Part shown: one piece after another, positions 43,301 to 52,300 of the stretch
Numbering within the stretch: position 1 is the stretch's first letter
Layout: each line of letters starts with the position of its first letter
Assembly (NCBI RefSeq): GCF_037042905.1
Contig: NC_087251.1
Coordinates: 38,690,001-38,754,000 of the forward strand
Length of the DNA: 64,000 bases
Direction of reading: 5' to 3'
Origin: Lytechinus pictus
Taxonomy: Eukaryota
Position numbers and translations under genes: made by a program
The notes under the pieces: generated by a model
What the model was told of the DNA's origin: nothing
Database searches by the model: none
The model's input: the letters and a program-made list of their open reading frames with translations, nothing else

Positions 43301-46300
43301 CATGTACATCAGAGCTGCCAAGTTGTATTTTGCATTTTCAGTATTCTTATCCCCCAAAATCAGTATTTTGACAAAAAAAATCATTATTTTTACCATGTGA
43401 GATAAATATTTTGTATTTTTCCCAAAAAAAGTGTATTTCATAATAAAATGCTTGGCCCCCTCGCCCATCACGGCGCTCAAGCTGCATGCAAGCTAAAATG
43501 TGCACTGCTCTTGCAGATGAAAAAAAAAATTGAAACTTGTGTATATCTCACCCTGGTTTTTACAGTTACCTGGAATTACATTGATCTAATAACCATATTT
43601 GTGTACGTTTTATGAAATAGAGACATATAGAGATTTTTCTCAAATTTTTTTAAAGAAAAAACGTACTGCCGTATTTTGGTTGCAAAAACATACTAAATAC
43701 GGCTAAAACGTACAGGTTGGCAGGTCTGGTACATGGATTATCTATTGCGTGCTGTCAAGATTAGTTTCCTCACAATAACTAGATCAAAGGCTGATCACAC
43801 ATTGAATTTGGGAAACTACAAATACTTCACATAATTTCATGAGCTTGTCATTTACTCCCAATATGCATACAGGGGCAGAATTTGAATGTGATTGAGATTT
43901 TTGAATTGGATCTTGAATTATCACAAACATAATCCATTTTCATTTATAAGGACCTTCATGAATTTTGACCTTCGATCTCATGAAATTGTAATGTTATATA
44001 TTCATGAGTAACATTTGATGTGAATCTGTTACTTAGGATTTTGAGTTATTTTTCACTAAAAGTGCCCCAAGTGACCTTGCACGCATTATTTGAATGCCTT
44101 TAAGCGATACATTATCCCATTTTAGATTTTAGAGAGATAAGCAACATTTGTTGCATCTAAAACTATGCTTCATACTAATTTCAAAACTTCTTAACAAGGA
44201 AAAAAATATCATGAATATTATAAATAGTATAGTATAGTGAATAAATGATGAATGATTTTTATTCTTTACTTGATGAGATCCTATTGCTGACTTTTTATCT
44301 ATTCAGAAACACAGAAGAGAGGTACAAAGAGGAATTACAATAACCACAATCAGTTACAAACTAGACAACAAGAGCTTAAAATTGCCATGTCAATTCAATA
44401 AAAATAGAAATCATGCTTGTCTCTGTACCTATATGTACATATATGTATACAGAAGGTTCAAATCTTGATTTTCACCACCTTCCAACTTCTACCAATCATA
44501 ATCAATTCAACTTTTAATCCCAAAATGATACTCCTGCAAAATGACACCTGTTAGCCAAGTCATATAAAAAAACAAAGTAAGTGATCCTTTCATTTGATCA
44601 CTGATTTGAATTGTCGAGTCAAAGGACCAACAGTGTTTTTTTTTTGCTTTTTAATGATAAATGCCTAATGTCTCATCATGAAAATTGGGGCCTGTTCTTC
44701 CTTTCGGAAATCTAGTCAAGTACAGTGAGGTCAGAGATCTAATGTTGTTGTGTCTTGCAAGTCACAGGTTTAAAAGTACTATATCTTCAACAAATATTAT
44801 AGTGTATGTAAGACTCTTGTATACAAAGGCTTTTGGTCAAAACCTTGAATGAATGTGTAAATAAATATAGGTCTGCAAAAGGAAGTTTAAAAGTTGGAAT
44901 TTTGATCAAAAGTCCAATAGGTTACAACAGAATGGGCAAACAAGACCCCTCTTCGTTTATTAGTTACATTCAAACTATATGGCTAAAAAATCCCATACAA
45001 ACCAATGAAAATGTACTGAAATATAATGATAGGTTGTGTAGACAATTAAGATGAATTTGACGTTGCTACAATAGAAGAGGGATTAAACCAAATATAAACA
45101 ATAAACATTTGATGATTCATTCAAAATTTCATTTACTAAGAACTACATCAGAATATTCACATGTAGACGATATTGACATGGGGAGTGTATCATGAAACAA
45201 ATAATCAGTGATTTTTACTGACAAATTTGCTCTAAGCCAATCAAATGTAAGGATTTTGGTAGCTTATAACAATAGTCAGTGAAAATTGCTGTTTCTTTCA
45301 AGAGATGCTCCTATGATCATGAACAGGGCTGGCTTACAATATTCAACAAAGAAACCTAAGATGGCATGCAAGACGTGACAACAAATTTTTTTTCTATAAA
45401 CATGAAAGAGTACATGGAACAGACAATGAAGTATGAGAGTATTTGGTTGATAAAAAGAAACATGTATGATCAAAAGTACTATATAGAATAGGTAATGCTT
45501 CATTATTTAATGAAAACTTGTAATCAAATCTAAAAAACTTATATCTTGTAGTAGTAATTGGACAAAAAGTTTTGGAAGGGTCTTTTAGATGTTATGATCT
45601 GGCGTATGTAGCTAATTGCATCTAATTTGCGATTTTTTTTTTTGGGGGGGGGGGTGAAAAATAATGTGTGCTGTATGCCAACCCTGAATGCATATGATGC
45701 AACATACCGACACTTTGAGTACGATGAGAATTAGTAGAAGAAGCATTACTGTTAGTAGAAGCATTGGTGGAAGTGGTAGCAGTGGCAGTGGAGGAGGAGG
45801 AAGTGAAGTTTATGGTGCTGGTGTTGGAGAAACTATTACTCAGAACTGATGCAGCTGACGAAGATGATGATGATGGGTTCACAAAGAGGGAGCCAGTCCT
45901 CCGTGGGAGGAAAGGGGCGGGCGTCGCCGCCCCGTGGAACTTACATCCCATGAGGGCCGCTTCAAAGAGCCACGCCCCAAACAGGTGGAGGATGCTGTTG
46001 CATTCGGAGTGGCTCGGACCGGGAAGGAGTCCGGTGTGGAGGATATTGCTCTTGACTCCGCCTCTGATGCCGGCGTTGGAGGCGCCCCTTGTTGCGGATG
46101 AAGCCACGCCTTTGGCTTTGGAGGCAGCATTGAATGGCGTGGCACTTGGGATGGTGGGAGAACGAGAAGGTATTCCTTGTGAGGGATCGGTGATATGACC
46201 AAGACGATCTGATGGATACCCTGAAATAACAAGAATAAAAGAATGCAATTACCCATCAATGAATTTTATTAAGATTGATAATTCTTAGGGACAGCATGTA

Positions 46301-49300
46301 TTGAGGGGAAGTCCACTCCTTAAAAAAAGTCTTTTTGAATAAAACAAGAAAATCCAAACAAGCATCACACTGAAATTTTCATCAAAATTGGATGTGAAAT
46401 AAGATATATCATTTAATGTTATTTTTGCTTGTTTTCACAAAACAGTTGTATGCACAATATGATGTACAAATGAGATATTGATGATGTCATACACTCACTA
46501 TTTATTTTGTATTATATTGTTTAAATCATACAATTATACAATATTTCACTTCCTAATTGCCCTCTTCCAGGACCAAGCAAATGGTGAACTGTTTATTGAC
46601 TGCAGGCTATCAATCATGTCTCCAAACAATTCCCTACTTTTGTTCATATACAAGCAAATAAAATATTTAAGTCTAGATTTAACTTAAAACGTTTAAATAA
46701 ATACATAAATGCATCTACAAGTACCAATAATTCTTTCATAGATCAGAAGAATGTGTAGATTTTTCTCAACTTTTAAATATATACAAACAAATATGATATT
46801 AAATCCAGCTTAAACTTAAAAACAAAGGTTTTGTATTCAACTGTATGAAGCGTACCTAAGAATGCATCTATAAGTACCGATGATCCTTTCATAGATCTGA
46901 GGAATATGTAGGGTAGAATATTCTCTTCTTTCGTACATGAACAGGCAAATATGATATTAAGCCTAGCATAAGCATGGAGCGTTGTGGCCCAGTGGATTAG
47001 TCTTCTGACTTTGAAACAGAGGGTCGTGGGTTCGAATCCCAGCCATGGCGTAATTTCCTTCAGCAAGAAACTCATCCACATTGTGCTGCACTCAACCCAG
47101 GTGAGGTGAATGGGTACCCGGTAGGAAGAAATTCCTTGAATGCTTGAGCGCCTAGGCAGCTCAGCTAAAGCCGGGGTAATAATAGCAGGGCCTGATGGTA
47201 GAACAGTTTTCGAAACTGAAGTGGCTACCCTGGGTAAATATACCTATATTATTATTATTATTATTATAAACTTATAAAACACAAGAAGTTTACCTAGAAA
47301 TGCATCTACAAGAACTGATAACCCTTTCATAGCTCGGAGGAATATGTTTGGTAGGGCTTGTAGACACGAATGCTGATCAGGGAATTTCTTCCCTTGCTTG
47401 ATGGAAGCAACAAAATTGGGCGTTCTGCTGATGATTTCTGGATGGCACAGATCAACAGGGTTACCCAGGATGTGTAGGAACCTGAACCAAGCTTGAGCTA
47501 ACCCATCGTTATCAAGTTCGGGAGGAATGATCCGGCCTTCGTCATCACCTTCGAAAAGAAAAATATTAACATTCCTGATTTAAGAAGGTGTTATATTTCA
47601 GGAAGGTTTGAACATGATGTGTGTTGGGAAGAGTTGAAATAGAATTTAAGCCTGTGTCAAATTACTATCAACAAATCAGGAACAAGTAATTAAAAAAATC
47701 TACTAATAATATAAAGGAAAAAAAAGAGAATTGCCAATTTTATAAGTTGTTTTGCTATATACCTAAAAAATATAACACTGGAGCTCTTTGAACATCATTA
47801 TTATTATTATTATTTTTTTTTTGGGGGGGGGGCAGAATCTGCAGTAATCACGCAGTAATCAGCCACATTCTTGCAATATAAAAATCATTAAAATGTGTAT
47901 CTCAGCTCTCTAAAGTTAGAATGTGCTTCATTTTAAGGATGGGATCTGGGCTTCACATCATACAGTGTCATAAAGTCATACTGATATCGTCCCTTTCCCA
48001 ACACCAAACATTCAACCAGACTTACTAAGTTTGAGTGGTGGGAATATTGGCCCATAGAGGACCTGAATAAGCTGAGCAGTGAGCACTTTGTTGATGCGAT
48101 TCCATTGGGCTACCGTGGCAGGATGATGGCGCCATGTACAGCACATCTCACGAAAGGTTCTCCAGAGCGTTGGTGATGGGAAGCATCGAGCACAGGCGAG
48201 AAGCCATACTTCAAACAGAACACTCAGTAAACGCTCACACAACTGCTCCGCAAGACTACCTACAGCAGAAATAAAGGCAAAAATATACACTTCTAAGCAT
48301 TGCAAATAGTACATCATATACAAATAGCTATGAAGATCTTTTATTAAAGGGCAACAGGTCACAACAAATTTGAATAGTATCAATGTCAGTGCTGAACTTA
48401 TCAAATTGTCCTAAGATCTTTATCCCGATTTCAACATTTTATTACATTGTCTTACAATATACACCCACTCCAAAGAATAATGAATTTGATCACTCTTCTC
48501 TTCAATATGCATGCAACAAATGAATCGCTGAGAGCACAGAGAGTCACTTTTACAAAGATTTCTATTTACCAATATATCAGTATATATTCTGCCAGGAATT
48601 TGCAGAAACATCTCTGTGCCAGGGGCCGAGGGGCCAGGGCAGTCCAACTGGCAATTAACAAAGTTCGTTCTCTCCCCAGATCTGAAGTTCTCAAACCAAA
48701 AAGTGACAAGGAGACCACCGACAGAATACCGCTTGTGACCACCTTCCATCCCAATCTACTCCCTCTCCGCAAAATCCTGTGTGATAACCACCACATTTTA
48801 CACACTTCTGATCGTCTCCAACAGGCCGTTCCCGATACTCCCCTTCTAGCATACCGACGCCCACCGAATCTCAGGGACCTCATTGTTCGTGCTGAAGTGC
48901 CCTCCCTCACTAACCATTCTTCTCCCATACAGCATGGCACCTTCAAATGCACCAGCAACAGGTGCATCATATGTGAAATACACCTTCACGAGGGCGATAC
49001 TTTCACCAGCAACTCTACCAGCCTGTCTCACCAAATCAAGGGCAACATCACATGCACTACCACTAATGTTGTATATCTCATCACTTGCAGAGTTTGTAGG
49101 GTACAATACATAGGGGAAACCAAGACCACACTCAAGAAACGATTCTACGGGCACATATCCACCGTCAACACAGCAAAGCTGGACACTCCAGTTGGCCGCC
49201 ATTTTAACATCCCCAACCACTCCATCACTGACATGATGCTACAGGGCATCGAATCTTTAGGTACCCGTCCTGACTCAGTCCGTACTAGCAGAGAGAAGCT

Positions 49301-52300
49301 CTGGATGAGACGACTTCGCACCACCCAACCTCATGGCCTGAACATCCAAGAGGGGAACGACTGATTATTCTTTCCTATCCACTTTCAATTTATATATACA
49401 TATAATTTTTCCCCTCAGCTCTTTTGAATAGTTACATTATAGTTTCTTCCTCTACTTTCCTCCCATATCTCATACAAGCTCAACTCCGATTTTTCCTTCC
49501 TTATTCAGGCGAGATAATAATTATTATATATCTATATATTTTTTTTCTCCACTCACCTCTTTTAGATTTACCACATTTGCTTATTTACATGTATACTATG
49601 GTTTCTTCATAATACACCCCCTCTCTTCTATATTTGCTTTTACCTTTTTAGGCAATTTGCTTCCTCTTTTTCACATATACAGGTTTTTATTATTATTTTT
49701 TTTTTTAGTCTTATGTTTTTTCCCGTCACACCTAGCGGATTACAATATCAGTTACACCATTTGTGTATTTATATTTTTTCATATACATTTCTTTTTTGGA
49801 TATATTTATATACATATCACTTATAGATACATATTTACACTTACCTTCTTCTCTTAGTTTGTTTAATGCTTTATCATATATACTTATATGTCTTTTGCAC
49901 ATTATCAGTTGTTCCCTATTCTTTTCCTTTTTTCCCCCACTCTTATGCACCAGTTTATTATGCCTTTCTTTGTAACCTGTTTGACCCACCTCTCACTAAT
50001 TCTCTTGTTATTCATCCCATTATCACTGTTTTGTTCCAGATCCTGTTTGATGTTGCCTGCCTCATTATCTTAATCCCTCTTGGCTTGAGGTCTTTTACTG
50101 GCCTTCCTTACACTAACTTCCCTTTGTGTCTGCCTACTCCTTTTCTTTCATCCCCTTCACTAACCTGATTGGTCTTCTCTACTCACTAATGCCCCTTTTG
50201 TCTCCTTGTTTCTAGTGTTGCTGTAGCTTGTTTGTGGTCTATATTATGGTTGTTCCACTTTATATGTTTGTCATTTTGCCTCCGACGAAGATTCTGCTAG
50301 GATCGAAAGCTTAGGCCCCTTTTTGACTTTCTACCAATATATCAAGTAGACATCATGATTTGACACCATACCAAAATGTTAAATATAATTTCTTATAGGT
50401 ATATGCATGACTTAAGTTTCAGCATACATGCCTATACAGCTTCTGGGAGGACTGTCCCCTTTAAATACTGCTAAAATAGATTTTTTTTAAACTTTTGAAA
50501 AGAAGACTTTACCTACTAGTTTGAACAAAACACTGTCAACTAATCAACTTGTAAATATTTTGAAATGGCATATAAATTTATAAATCTGATACCAAGTTAA
50601 GAACTAGTCTGCAAGCAGACTCAATATTGAAACTCTTATAAAGTCTCTATGGAAGAGACTAGACTCCAAATTCTGTATGTCAAAATGAATGGTAGGAGTA
50701 ACCACACTACATGAGTGAATCTATTCTCCAACTTCAGACTCTGTATTATACACTATGCAAAAAGAAAGGGTATGTGTCTGCAGAGTATGTAAGAACATCT
50801 TATCCTCATTTTTGAATTACCTGACTCAAGTGGAGGAGAGAGCAAGGTGTGGTTGATAGAGAGCAAGAACCTGAGAAGCACTTCCCAGGTGTGTTTGGTC
50901 ATAATGATACTCTCGGTGGCAACGGACTGAATGGACCGTAGTACACGATGGCATAACACTGCTTGCTTGTTGGTGTCATTCAGACCTGTGAAAAAAGATA
51001 CAGGTAAATAATAACAAAGAATAACTTATTGGACTGAATGGGGCATAATGCAATATGATGAAAAACACTGCTTGCTTGCTTGCATCATTCATACATGTGA
51101 AGACAGAAATACAATGAATAAGTAATAAACTAGACCAAAATTCAATATAACATAAATTTTCAACCAAATTGTCAATTAGAGCACAATGCAGAAAAGATTT
51201 CAAAGATATTGACTGTTGCTACAAGGCCCTGTCACATCGTTTTGTGCAAAAAGCCTTGCGTGTGACTTGCAAGTAACTATTTTTGCTACCTGTAGGTCAC
51301 CCGCATTGATAGTATCTCGCTGTCACAGTGGAATTAGAATTGCATTTACTTGTGCATATCGTAAAATAAAGATTAAGAGAGAGGTGGGATAGAGAGAGTA
51401 AGAACGTGCTTTTTGTGCCATTGGTGGTGAATTGTGGTGAATGATAGTGAAAGATGATTAAACAAGATTAGTGATGAAATTGAAGATTAATTTTCTAATG
51501 TGAAAGAGGACATTTTTTTATTCTAATAGGCCAGAGGTCATCGAAATGTCTGAGTAGATTTGCTGAAAGAGGTTTAATTTCTTAGTGTGAAAGGGTCTAG
51601 TCTATAGAGTCCTCAATGCAAGAGTTAATTGAACTGCATGCTTTATTTTATTCAGCCCAGGATATGCTTTTGTGTTTGGGAATTTTCAGGTGCGAATATG
51701 CAAATTAAGTTTGGACATGTTCCTTGTACTGAACATGTAGAAAGATACACTTGGGGCAGACACACCCAGCCAACTAGAGAAGGAGGACATGCTAAGCCTG
51801 GGCATAGATCCTCAGCAGATTATATTTGATTAATTTCATTATTTTCTCTAGTTTTGTCTATCTTCTTATAAAAAAGTTCTCAAGTTTGAGATTAGGAGAA
51901 GAACCCGTTTTTAACAGGGGATATTCATCAATAACTCTGAACAAGCATAGTTAATTCAGCACCACTGGTGAGTTGACTTTAGAGCTTTTGTATGTTTTGA
52001 AAGTAACAAATCATAAAGTATGTGAAAGAAACAATACTGATTTATGATAAAGGATATTTTATTAGAGTAAATGGATGATTCTTTCTGACCTATTCATAAA
52101 GTAATTTGAGTAAGCCCCTAATAGGATTGTTTGAACTTTATCCTTATTGAACTTTTAGAAAACTCATTTATATCAGCATTTCAAGAGATTGTATATTCAT
52201 AGGGAGTCGCTGGACCTTGAATCGAGTATGGAAGGATGTCATAGATGCTGAATTATTTATTAATTATTTAGTAAGATGCTTTAATGCTTTAATTATGAAT

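Larger units (their letters stand above)
48580..50331 (+). mobile_element. 5'-truncated Penelope-like retroelement (Neptune-type Cys linker plus GIY-YIG endonuclease) with long pyrimidine-rich 3' region
   Basis: GIY-YIG ORF; flanking 13-bp direct repeat TACCAATATATCA at 48567-48579 and 50332-50344; hammerhead-like motif at the 3' end. Confidence 0.88.

Noticed and set aside
45764..46198. Plus-strand 144-aa ORF, and similar antisense ORFs at 40027 and 57780
   Set aside because: Antisense shadows of real coding exons
48447..48587. N-terminal part of the 305-aa ORF as genuine Penelope protein
   Set aside because: Mostly upstream of the insertion junction and flanking repeat; chance open frame in host intron
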